This document shows, piece by piece, positions 12,791 through 23,790 of a DNA stretch of 64,000 nt. Below the pieces are notes generated by a model, which did no database searches, had not been told where the DNA came from, and saw only the letters and a list, made by a program, of their open reading frames with translations. The stretch is from Azolla caroliniana (Eukaryota; Plantae; Polypodiophyta): positions 5,642,001-5,706,000 of the forward strand of contig JBHGNT010000022.1 in the NCBI GenBank assembly GCA_043228905.1. Direction: 5' to 3'. Position 1 is the stretch's first letter; every line of letters starts with the position of its first letter. The translations under genes and the position numbers were made by a program.

Positions 12791-12926
12791 GCCTCATACC
12801 ACTAAAATCTTCTTTTACTAGCCTGATTCAGCATCCAGAACATCATCCCATTTCCTCATATCTTCTTCTAGCATATGTATATCTTACCTACATTAAAATA
12901 GGCTTCATACATGCCGCCACCGTCTC

Positions 12927-15560
12927 TCATGTTGTTCGCCCTAAGAATGGTACTGGTGGCGGGAACAACCAACGAGGTGGCACATAATTCCACCTAACCT
13001 CCGTGCCTGCATCTAACATTATAGGAATAGCTGACCAAACTCGTCGTAATCTCTTTCTTTTTCGAATGGCTGTGTTTCCATAGCCTTTATACCTGTCATA
13101 CTCACCTTTAACCGAATGTACTAATAAATTCCAAAAAGACTTTACCTGATCCACAACGTGAATGTCTTCATCATTGTATAACTTGGAGCACCGAGCTTTC
13201 CAAAGAACCCATAGAGACAACGAGGAGACAATCTGCCAAACATAGCTCCGCGAGAAGAACTTGACTCCCTGCAAGGATCCTGAAGTAGAATATACCTGAA
13301 AACTTCTTACATATAAAGACAATGAAGAATGATTATAATGATAAAAAGCCCTTTGTTGATCCAACATTCCCCAAAAGACTGCACCCCACGTAAAAATAGC
13401 AGACTTATACTTACGGCCTAGGAGCCTAAGAATTCGACACCAAAAACTTTTTGAAGAAACACATTCCCAAAATGCATGATGCAATGTCTCATCCGCAAAC
13501 CCACACATAATACATGACCGATTACTCACCGATCCCCTCAATAAATGACCTATTGGCAATGCATAATGAATCATCAACCACCGAAAATGCAATATCTTAT
13601 TCATGCATTTAATAGACCAAAACTGTTTCCAAAACATAACCATATGAGTAGATGAAACATTACCTTCCTCCCAATACTTTTTTCCAGCAAGTATCGGCTC
13701 GGTCTGCCTCAACATAAAATTCCTACCAAACGCTACTGAATATTTGAAAAAAGGAAGGATCTTAGTCAAAGAGTCAGATATGGATAATTTCCAACCATAA
13801 TCCGCTGGATCCCACTGCAGGTCATCAATAGGTTTAGAGTCTAACACCGAAATATGAGATGAAAAATTAACTATTAGTGGACTAGGATCAATATATATAT
13901 TTTTATGTAATCTAGCAATTACTCGCACTGGCAATTGCTTTGCAGCCAACATGATTTGAGACTCCTCATCCACTAGTATCAACCTACCATTGTCCAACAC
14001 TTCATAAAAATAAATGCTACCATTTTGATCATATAACCGAGCTCCTATAAGTATATTGAGTGTCGAGAATATACCGTACCAACTCTGAAAATGATCGAAT
14101 TGCAATGTAGGCACTGTGACCTGATACACCCTGGACAATTGTGATAACATGATCTTAGCCCCTCTTAAGTTCGATAACCTATTACTTTGCTCCAGCGTAG
14201 AGGACTGCATAAACCTTATCCAATCCGCAACCATACGAGCTGGTCCACTATCCATTGCAGCCCATGATAACCTAGGGCGTAAACCCAAAACACATGCAGC
14301 TTCATCAGTAAATAAAGGATTCCATATCAATGGTTGACGCATAAATTGATGATAGCTTTTCGGTGGCAAGAAAACAAGCGCTTGCCGAAGATTTTCCCAT
14401 GCCCGAAAAATTCCATTGAAGAAACGCAATGATCCATCATTGGACTTAGGTAGCTGGAAATCGGCATTAAAGAACCATCTAAGACTCTCCTTCCATTGAC
14501 CACCTACCGAAGGCTTGACCTTATATAGATGTTGCATCCATAGCTTTTTCCATAACTCCTGTCCTGGCAATAAACTCCTAACAACATGTTTAGTAAGTAA
14601 AGCTTTGCTTTGCATAAATGGATCAATCAAACCTAAACCACCTTTTTGTTTAGGTTGTATCAGGATAGACCAAGCTACCTTTGCTACAGGATTGACTGAC
14701 CTATTGTTCCCCCAAATAAAAGTCCATACTAAACGTTGAACTTTCAACATTATTGACCTAAAAAACAGCCATGTAGATGCTATATACCAAATCGAGGACA
14801 ACAACACCGCATTAGCTACAACTACACGTCCTGCTAAAGATAATTTTTCTTTATTCCAATATACTAATTTATTTCTTAATCTTAACAATAAGGGTGCAAT
14901 CATATCTTCTGACTTTAATCCCACACCCACTCTACAACCTAAATACCTAATGGACTGACCTTGAGGTATCCATGTGAATCCTAAAGAGGGTACATTAACT
15001 GGCGGATCTCCCGAAGCGACCCAAAAACCTGATGACTTATCCCAATTTATCAATGCACCCGATGCATCTGAGAAATCATCCACGGCCTTTTGCACATGAA
15101 ACAAATTACCATGTGAGGCCTGAACATATAAAGCTGTATCATTAGCGAATTCACAATCCACATTTGCGTTTGCTACTGGTAGTGCTAAACCTTTAATATT
15201 TACATATGGAGAATTTAAATGTACAGAGAATGCTTCGGATACTAACAAAAACAGGAAAGGAGCAAGTGGACATCCCTGGCGTACAGATCTTGAAATAAAA
15301 AAATTCCTACCAATGTCCCCTGCAAATAATAGAGAACTACTTGCATTATGATATAATGCTGAAACTCCTCGTATCCAATTACTTGGAAAACCCATCCTAA
15401 CGAGTGTTCCCTCCATAAAATCCCAGTCCACTCTGTCGTAAGCTTTTTCAAAATCAAGAAATAACACCGCCAGATCTTGCTTCTGCACTTCAGCGATGGT
15501 CACCATTTCCCAAAAGAGAATAATATTATCAAAAATACTTCGCTCTTGCAAAAAACCTGT
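12927..15560 (-). CDS. LINE ORF2, C-terminal part: reverse transcriptase plus zf-RVT zinc finger (5'-truncated)
   Basis: LDFEKAYDRVDW, SVRQGCPLAPFLF, FANDT (FADD equivalent), RYLG, LSLAGRVVVAN, KGGLGL, CIMCG..ETLHHAFWEC. 874 aa uninterrupted. Confidence 0.92.
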   Translation of the reverse strand, partial: TGFLQERSIFDNIILFWEMVTIAEVQKQDLAVLFLDFEKAYDRVDWDFMEGTLVRMGFPSNWIRGVSALYHNASSSLLFAGDIGRNFFISRSVRQGCPLAPFLFLLVSEAFSVHLNSPYVNIKGLALPVANANVDCEFANDTALYVQASHGNLFHVQKAVDDFSDASGALINWDKSSGFWVASGDPPVNVPSLGFTWIPQGQSIRYLGCRVGVGLKSEDMIAPLLLRLRNKLVYWNKEKLSLAGRVVVANAVLLSSIWYIASTWLFFRSIMLKVQRLVWTFIWGNNRSVNPVAKVAWSILIQPKQKGGLGLIDPFMQSKALLTKHVVRSLLPGQELWKKLWMQHLYKVKPSVGGQWKESLRWFFNADFQLPKSNDGSLRFFNGIFRAWENLRQALVFLPPKSYHQFMRQPLIWNPLFTDEAACVLGLRPRLSWAAMDSGPARMVADWIRFMQSSTLEQSNRLSNLRGAKIMLSQLSRVYQVTVPTLQFDHFQSWYGIFSTLNILIGARLYDQNGSIYFYEVLDNGRLILVDEESQIMLAAKQLPVRVIARLHKNIYIDPSPLIVNFSSHISVLDSKPIDDLQWDPADYGWKLSISDSLTKILPFFKYSVAFGRNFMLRQTEPILAGKKYWEEGNVSSTHMVMFWKQFWSIKCMNKILHFRWLMIHYALPIGHLLRGSVSNRSCIMCGFADETLHHAFWECVSSKSFWCRILRLLGRKYKSAIFTWGAVFWGMLDQQRAFYHYNHSSLSLYVRSFQVYSTSGSLQGVKFFSRSYVWQIVSSLSLWVLWKARCSKLYNDEDIHVVDQVKSFWNLLVHSVKGEYDRYKGYGNTAIRKRKRLRRVWSAIPIMLDAGTEVRWNYVPPRWLFPPPVPFLGRTT

Positions 15561-16297
15561 CTATTAGAAAAGGAATCTCCGTTACTCAACAATTTTGAAG
15601 AGTTTCTAGGTGAGTTTAAAGCATGTTACGGAGATACTGACAGCATCAGGACCGCAATTAACAAAATCTGGCAATTACGCCAAGGTGACCATCCAGCCTC
15701 CGCATACGCTGCAAATTTTCACCTACTCGCCGCCGATATCCCTTGGGATAATCAAGCGTTGATGGAGCAATTCCGTTATGGTTTACGGAACGACGCCAAG
15801 GATTTACTATTGACCTTCCCCGAAGAGCCAAAGTCCTTAACAGAAGCAATCAGTCGCGCGGTGAGATGTGACAACCGCCTCTTTGAGCGACGTTCGGAAC
15901 GACAGCTACAGATGCCGAGGGCAAGATTAGAGCCCACCTACGCCTCAGTGGTAGCAAGACCTTTTCTGAGGGAGTCATATAATGCGCCTCCAGCGAATAC
16001 TCTGACTCCGATGGAGATTGACACTACACGTCGTTGAGGGCCATTATCTGAAGAAGAAAAGCAGCGACGCCGTACAAATCGATTATGTCTTTACTACGGT
16101 GGACCAGGACATATCACAATAAATTGCCCCCATAGGCCAAGAAGACAGGTAAACCAAATAGTCGCTAGTTCTAATTGTATTAAATCCGAGCCTATTTCAG
16201 TAGGGATATCTGATAGTCCTAATAGTACTAATATTACTAATATCCCAGATCTAGCAAACAAATTTGATGTCCTTAGTCAGTTAGAAGAAGAGTTAAA

Positions 16298-19200
16298 CGA
16301 CTAAGTCCAGCCAAACTAGGAGCCGTTTGGTTGGACAACCTTAGATCTGTGCAGCCCATTAGTGGTTCCATTCCCTCTAAGCAAGTTAGTGATGTGTTCC
16401 TAGCCCAAGTAATAGTTAGTACTAAAAGTACCCCTCCAGTACATGTCCTAGCACTCCTAGATTCCAGAGCTAACTCTTGCTTTATGGATAAGAAATTTTC
16501 TCAAGCTCATAAGATATCCCTAAGAAAACTCCAGTGTCCAGCCTCTATAGTAGTCATTGATGGACGTCCCATTGCTTCCGGAAATATCATAGAAGAGTCA
16601 GAGCCCATTAATATTGTCTTAGATAACTTAGCATGTGTAGTATCATTTAATATTATTAGTATCCCAGAACATCCTATAGTTTTAGGATTACCATGGTTCG
16701 AGTTACATGGAGAACAAGAGAAATCCGGTGTCGACAAACCCAAGGGTCAACTCAGAAGATGGCAACCATTTCGCTACGTCAATTGCGTAAAGAAGGGTGC
16801 AAGGAGGAAATGTTCCTCTTTGCAATATCAGTAAACCCCTCCAGCACCACTAAAGAAGAATCCACCGTTCAACTTCCCGAGAAGTATCGTCATTACGCCG
16901 ATGTGTTCGATAAAGTACAAGCCAACACACTTCCTCATCATCGACCGTACGATTGCCCCATCGATTTACAACCGGGAAAAGAGCCGCCATGGGGACCGAT
17001 CTACAATTTGTCACCAACCGAGTTGGAAGTCCTTCGGGCCTATATAGAGGAGAATTTGGAAAATGGTTTCATTCGGCATTCGAAATCTCTAGCCGGCGCG
17101 CCCATTTTCTTCGTAAAAAAAAAAGATGGATCACTTCGTCTCGTTGTAGATTACCGTGGCTTGAATAAGGTTACAATCAGGAATAGGTATGCTCTTCCCC
17201 TTATCTCAAGTCTTTTAGAACGGATCAATGGTGCCAGGTTCTTCACGAAGATCGACTTACGGGGAGCATATAACCTCGTACGGATCTGACCACGAGACGA
17301 ATGGAAGACCGCGTTTTGCACCAGATATGGGCACTTCGAGTATACGGTCATGCCGTTCGGCCTCACTAATGCGCCAACAGTCTTCCAGCACATGGCTAAT
17401 GATATATTCCGAGATCTATTGGATGATCTGCTAGTTTATTCAAAGACCCAAGAAGAACATGATTCTCATGTACTATTAGTACTAAAACGACTTCGAGAAC
17501 ATGGTCTGTATGCAAAGCTGGAAAAATGTAGTTTCGGGTGCAAGCAAGTGGAATTTCTCGGCTACATCATTTCGTCAGAAGGCATCTCCATGGACCCAGC
17601 TAAGGTCAAAACGGTGGTAGAATGGCAGACTCCGCGTTCGGTGTGGGATGTGCAATGCTTCTTAGGCTTTGCTAATTTTTACCGGAAATTCATACAAGAT
17701 TACTCAAAGATCGTTCTACCTCTCACACAACTTACCAGGAAGGGACAACCGTTCATCTGGTCTGAAGAAACGGACATGGCTTTCGAGAGTCTTAAAAAGG
17801 CATTTACATCGGCTCCAATTCTCGCTCATGTTGATCCGGAAAAACCATTCATTATCGAAGCTGACGCATCGGATTTTGCATTGGGGAGCATTCTGTCACA
17901 ACAGGGGAATGATGAGAAGCTACATCCTGTGGCTTTTCACTCACGCAAGTTTGACGCCGCCGAAATCAACTACGAAATTCATGATAAGGAGCTATTGGCA
18001 ATAGTGGATTCTTTTATGCAATGGAGGCATTTTCTGGAGGGATCCTCTCATCCAGTCACCGTATTTAGTGACCACAAGAATCTTGCCTACTTTCAGGATG
18101 CTCATGTGTTGAATCGACGTCAAGCTCGGTGGTCCCACTTCCTCACGCGTTTCGACTTCAAAATTACATATCGTCTGGGGAGGCACCAAGGGAAGGCAGA
18201 TGCATTATCACGACGTTCGTATCTAGCACCTCGTCCCGGCGAGCCAGCTTTCGATAACCAAAAACAAGTCATCTTGGGACCGGCACGACTACAAGCAACA
18301 CAGATCTTTGACATGCCTATGGATTCCCACGTTATCGATACCATACGTGAAGACTTGAAGACAGATGCGTTCACCCAAGCTATACTAGCACAAACTGATT
18401 CCTCTCGAGCGTCATTGTCACAATCGCAACCACCAGGTACGGACTATCAGCAATTCAAATACCATGATGGATTACTCTTCTTTAAAGAACTTTTGTATGT
18501 TCCTAATGGTTCTTGCCGCCTTCGAGTAGTACAAAATTGTCATGACACATATACAGCTGGGCATTTTGGTAGTACTAAAACATTACATTTAGTACAACGA
18601 ACATTCTGGTGGCCCTGTATGCGACAATTTGTCGAGGATTTTGTTCGGACTTGTGATACATGTTATAGAGCGAAAATGCCAAGGCATCATCCATATGGTT
18701 TATTAGAACCATTACCAATTCCAAGCAAGCCGTGGCAATCCATTGCTCTAGACTTCATCACAGATCTTCCAGTCTCTAAGGGGTTCAATGCGATTCTAAC
18801 GGTGGTCGATCGATATACGAAGATGGCTCATTTCTTGCCATGTACTAAGGAGATCTCCAGTGAAGACACGGCCGAAATTGTCATGCGTGAAGTATGTCGG
18901 CATCATGGACTTCCCGATAGTATCATCAGCGACCGTGGACCCCAGTTCGTGTCAAAATTCTGGAAGCACCTTTTTAACATGCTCAAGGTCACTTGTAACC
19001 TCTCCTCCGGCTACCACCCACAAACTAACGGCCAAGCTGAACGAACAAATCAAACGTTGGAGCAGTATCTGCGGTGCTTTCTCAGCTATCATCAAGATGA
19101 CTGGGCAGATATTCTCCACTTCGCCGAATTTGCCTATAACAACTCTATCCACGCATCCACTAAAGTTACGTCATTTTATGCTTATACGGGATGTCACCCC

Positions 19201-19814
19201 CGGTGGAGTGTACTTGAAACCCCAGAGGTGTCCACAAATCCGTGCGCGGAGGATCGTTTGGAGTAGTTACGCAAGATACAAGCGGATTTATCTACTCATC
19301 TCCAGCAAGCTCAACAAACACACAAGGTCTATGCGGATCGTCATCGACTTCCATCTAGTTTTAATATTGGAGATTGGGTGTGGCTGCTACGACGACACAT
19401 CAAGACTACTCGTCCATGTGAGAAGTTAGATTATCGGCGATTAGGTCCTTTCCGTATTATTGGATAGATTAATGACATCGCTTTTCGTCTCGATCTACCT
19501 CCTCAACTTCGGATACATCCGGTGTTTCATAGTTCTCTCCTCGAACCCTACCATGAGAGCACCATCCCAGGACGTCTTATCCAACCTCCACCCCCGATCG
19601 AGCCGCCATCCTTGATTCCAAGATGGTTCACAACAAGCTCTACTATCTAGTCGATTGGCTAGGCTATAGCCCCAACGAACGTACTTGGGAACCGATCGAA
19701 AATGTGACCAATGCTCGTGCTCTTCTTGAAGACTTCCATCGTCAATATCCACACAAACCAGGTCCTCAAAATCCAAGACGACTCGTGACACTCGTCGTTC
19801 TAAACGGGGGATAG
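16298..19814 (+). pseudogene. Gypsy-1 pol: protease, RT, RNase H, integrase, partly deleted chromodomain
   Basis: ALLDSRAN; [20 protein letters not shown]; MPFGLTNAP; EADASDFALG; GH..C..C zinc finger; DFITDLP; SDRGPQF; IHPVFH; [13 protein letters not shown]. Stops and frameshifts at ~16710, 17287 and 19264. Confidence 0.95.
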
Positions 19815-20250
19815 TGTCATGATATGGCAAGACTCGAACCCATGACCTTAGGTTATATGGGTCGAGCTCTTGACCATTAGATCATCTATTGTAATACGTA
19901 GGATATTATTTTCATTTACATTTTATTATAGGAAATTAGTGTATATTCCAGATTTCTCTGGAACATTCTAGAAGCTTCAGGATTACTCCTAAAAACACTA
20001 TAAAAGAGGGCACTAGGCATTATGTTGAACCAAATTGGTTCAACACCAATCTTAAGCCTTTTAGCCACCATTGTATATTCTCTTCATATAATACATATCT
20101 TTCTTATCATCACTCTCTCTCTCTCTCAATCTCTCTCTTTCTCTCTGTCTCGCTCACTTCTTCCTTCTCTCGAAGAAGTTCCACACCTCTCATAGTACTA
20201 ATCCTTCGTTTAGTACTAATTCCTTCTCTGTCTCAGTACTGCTCATGACA
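19815..20250 (+). repeat. Gypsy-1 3' LTR
   Basis: tgtcatg...catgaca, direct repeat of 10440-10877. Confidence 0.95.
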
Positions 20251-20997
20251 TCATCCGGTTTCGGCCGAGGCCGATCGGCCTCGACTGAGTTTGCTGTGTC
20301 GGGTTGGGTCGCATGCCTCTCCAGAATCTCGGTGAAGTTTCACGTTTCTGTCTAGAGGGGTTGAGATGGACTTACAATCCGCCATCCCAAACTTGAAGAA
20401 CATATTCAACACATAATGGTATTGGCTAATCAATATGCCTTCGAGGGTTCAAATCACTTTGATCTCAAGGAAGTAACGAAGGTCCCCGAGATCCTTCATT
20501 TCGAATGATGCCGCAAGCTGAGACTTTACACGATTGCTTTCTCCGAGGTCGGCACCAGCGATGACTAGATCATCAACATATAGCAGAATGCTAATCGATC
20601 CAGTTAGACTCGGCCGAATGAACAATGAAAAGTTCGATTTTGTTGGACCAAACCCCATCCTACGTAATTGTTGCGTGATTTTCGCATTTGAGGCACATGG
20701 GGCTTGCTTAAGTCCATACAATGACTTCTTCAATCGGCAAACTGCCGAGGTGTTTTGTCCTGATAGAAATCATGGGGGCTATACCATGTACACTTATTTC
20801 TCAAGATCACCTTGCAGGAACGCGTTCTTTACATCCATCTGATGTAAGTGCCACCCCTTTGCCACTGCTACCGCCAGCAATACACGAACAATTGTCATCT
20901 TGGCAATTGACGTGAAGGTCTCATCGTAATCGATGCCATGTTTATACACGTACCCCTTTGCCACTAATCGGTTGACCGAATTGTTGGCATTGTACTT

Positions 20998-21494
20998 TGT
21001 TGAGAATCAATTCATAAAACCACAAGATTGAATGATACTGACAATACACACCACAGCCACACAACTACACAATACACAGAGATTTACGTGGAAACCCAAA
21101 AACGGGAGAAAAACACGGGAGAAGAAAGACTTCATTATACAGTGGATGTCAAGGACAGAGATTACAACACTCTGATTTTGAGTGTATCAACCACACAGGG
21201 TTCTTGGCGTCTGCTGTTACGCACACAGCTATGGCGCCACTCTCTCTTTCCTTCTCTCTCTCTCACTCTCTCTTGCGCACAACACACTCATGTCTGTTTG
21301 CCCTAGATCTATATATCTATAGATACATTGGATATATCTATTTACAATTGTAGCCAGTACTACATATCATTGATTATTATGATTACTAAAATAATAATCA
21401 TCTGTTCAAACAATCAACTCTTTGTGTTGACTCTTTGATTGTCGGCTACTTCCGAACAGTCGGTTCCTCCCATTGGAGGGACATATTCCCAATA
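20998..21494 (-). mobile_element. Solo LTR (Copia type)
   Basis: tgttgag...cccaata with TSD TACTT (20993-20997 / 21495-21499). Removing it restores VKYN in the Copia-0 RT. Confidence 0.88.
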
Positions 21495-22287
21495 TACTTG
21501 ACCTTGTACACCCACCTGCATCCGATGGGCTTTATACCCTTTGGGGTGTCAATCAAGTACCAAGTCTCGTTTTCCGATAGCGCGTGCATCTCTTCCTCCA
21601 TAGCAACACACCAATTTGCGTCCTTTGTCGCTTTTGTGTAGCTCTCCGGCTCACACACATTTTCCACCTTCACCGTATATGCATAATGATGCGCCATATA
21701 CTTATTGTACCGGTACCGAATTACGGGATTCTTCTGGCGGGTGGATCGGTATAACTTTTAGTTCGCCAATTTCGTGGCCCTCTCGGCCGACTTTGACCTC
21801 GTTTTCAGAGGTCGTATATGCATAATGATGCGCCATATACTCATTGTACCGGTACTGAATTACGGGATTCTTCTGGTGGGTGGATCGGTATAACTTCTGG
21901 TTCGCCGATTTTATGGCCCTCTCGGCTGACTTCGACCTCGTTTTCAGAGGTCTCTCCTTGCTTCTAGCTGTGCCAGATTCTCCTCGATCCGACGTTTCGG
22001 CCTCGATACTATACTCGGGCACCTTCATCTTCCCCTTCTCCTTGCACATACACCATCTCCTCAGTTTCTGGCGTGGGGACTACACAATTGAGTCTCGACT
22101 ACTTGCCAGCTCTTCATACGACTAGTCAATCCGACTCAGTCGCTCATTCGACGCACTTAGCCGAAATGAGATCGGAATCTCTTCTAGAGTTCTGACTTCT
22201 TCTTCCACGAGGGGCATCTCAGCCTCACTATCCTGATCTGCAGAATTCGGAATGGACTGGCTGGGGATTGGAGGTGAATGCAAGTAC

Positions 22288-22990
22288 TGACGGGAACTCA
22301 ACGCTCCTTATACACAACGCTCGGCCACAACCGACCTTCTTTTCATACACAGAAAAACAGGAAATAGAACACGACACAAAGAAGAGAAATGGTACACAGG
22401 AGGTTAACGTGGAAAAACCCCAAACTAGGGGAAAAACCACGGCAGCCCACAGGCTGCAAACTGTCACTGTGTATGAATGTACAAAACAGTGAGTACACGG
22501 AGGCAACGACCTCGGACTCACGATCTTCGCCACAGGCGGCGGTTACAACAGAGGCAATGACCTCTTTCTCTCTCTCTCTCTCTGTACACTGTTATGTGCT
22601 CTCTCTTCTTCTTGCACCAACAAGAAAATAACAACTACATCAATCCCTAAAAGTTTGCCCTAAGTCATATTTATACTAATATGACTTTTCGGCTATTTAC
22701 AAATGTAGCCTCGATAGGCTCTCAGAAACATATTTACGAATATGTCTCCTCATCCGGTTCATACCGGGCCTGTATCATCCGGCTCTCCGTAGCCGGGTAC
22801 TCCTCATCCGGTTTATACCGGACCTGCACCATCCGGCTCTCCGTAGCCGAGTACTCCTCATCCGGTTCATACCGGGCCTGCACCATCCGGCTCTCCGTAG
22901 CCGGGTCCTCCTACGGTTTCGGCCTCGGCCGAGTTCGTTCATCGGCACTGTTCTTCTCCCTTCCCATCCGGAGGGACCTGTTTCCTAACA
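22288..22990 (-). mobile_element. Solo LTR of the Copia-1/Copia-2 family
   Basis: tgacggg...cctaaca with TSD AGTAC (22283-22287 / 22991-22995). Three ~54-bp U3 repeats at ~22747-22910. Confidence 0.93.
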
Positions 22991-23000
22991 AGTACCACGA

Positions 23001-23790
23001 AGGAAGGCAAGAGAAGAAACAGAGAATGGACACGTTTGAAGCTTTACTAGAAGATTTGATAAATTACGTTCTTTCTCTCTCACACATTTCTACACCGTTA
23101 GGTTATTGCTTATGTACTAAGCCCTAACTCTTTTGGACGAGTTCACACTAGGATACAAATTGGAAGGAGTCGGCCTTTTATGCCAACAAACTCCCCCGTA
23201 AAAGGACTACTCTTTCTTGCATGTACAAGTGTTTAGGGTTATCTCCCCCGTAAACCTAGATTACAAAATTAATCTAAATTTATATTTGCAAGTTAGTCGG
23301 AAGAGATGTGTTCAATGTCTATCCTGGTTTAGCTAGTCAGTTAGATTGACTTGTCTGAGTCAATTGGTTCGACTTACCTTCTGCCCCTCATTCGGCCTTC
23401 TTCTGCTCAGTTGCCCGTCGCAGTCCCATCTTTGTCCTTAGTGTTCGGAAGCGTTGATTTGGGAGTGGCTTTGCTAGGCAATCGACGATGGTCACCTCAA
23501 TGTCGATCTTCCAGACTTTGAGCTTCTTCTCGGTTATGATCTCGTGGATGTGATGATACCAGACTTGAATATGCTTTGTCTTTGCGTGATAGACAGGATT
23601 GTTGATGAGGTGTATAGTGCTCTATGAGTTGCAATAAATGGTTGGCGATTGTCAGTCGATTCGGCTTGTAGATGAGAAGTCGGTAGACAGTCGGTGCAAC
23701 CAGATCACTTCCTTCGCTGCCTCCGATGCTGCTATATACTCGGCCTTTGTGGTCGACAGGACCATGCACTCTTGAAGCTTTGACCTCCAT
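23001..23790 (-). pseudogene. Remnant of another Copia element (RNase H end at ~23440-23790 plus probable 3' region/LTR)
   Basis: The minus strand reads NPVYHAKTKHIQVWYHHIHE and STTKAEYIAAS. Confidence 0.65.

Larger units (their letters stand above)
11376..15560 (-). mobile_element. 5'-truncated non-LTR retrotransposon (L1/Tx1-like LINE)
   Basis: Interrupts Gypsy-1 gag with TSD CTATT (11371-11375 / 15561-15565). Short oligo(A) tail (T run at the left end). Truncated inside RT at QTGF. Confidence 0.92.
10954..16304 (+). pseudogene. Gypsy-1 gag (Ty3/PEG10-like capsid), split by the LINE and carrying a premature stop at 16035-16037
   Basis: Coiled-coil N-terminus; PTKFDGTRSQFRGFLNQ; WLAP|LLEKESPLL rejoins across the LINE; LRQG..SAYAANF; TPMEID; degenerate CCHC knuckle; natural stop TAA at 16302-16304. 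Confidence 0.9.
10440..20250 (+). mobile_element. Gypsy-1, full-length Tcn1-like chromovirus (Ty3/gypsy) with a nested LINE
   Basis: LTRs at 10440-10877 and 19815-20250 (about 9 substitutions by eye). 5-bp TSD TCATC (10435-10439 / 20251-20255). PPT aaacgggggatag before 19815. Order gag-PR-RT-RH-INT-chromodomain. Confidence 0.95.
5097..20295 (-). mobile_element. Copia-1, Ty1/copia (Tnt1/Tork-like) LTR retrotransposon; 5' LTR interrupted by Gypsy-1 and truncated
   Basis: LTRs at 5097-5819 and 9890-10439 (resuming 20256-~20295). PBS at 9875-9886. PPT at 5820-5830. Domain order gag-PR-INT-RT-RH. Confidence 0.93.
20296..23000 (-). pseudogene. Copia-0 RT and INT-RT linker remnant, interrupted by two solo LTRs
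   Basis: EPESY..AMEEEM, PIGCRWVYKVKY, LVAKGY, LYGLKQAP, LLYVDDL, FEMKDLG. ~138-bp internal duplication at ~21673/21813. Assignment to the same element as 4400-4812 is inferred from strand and domain order. Confidence 0.8.
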
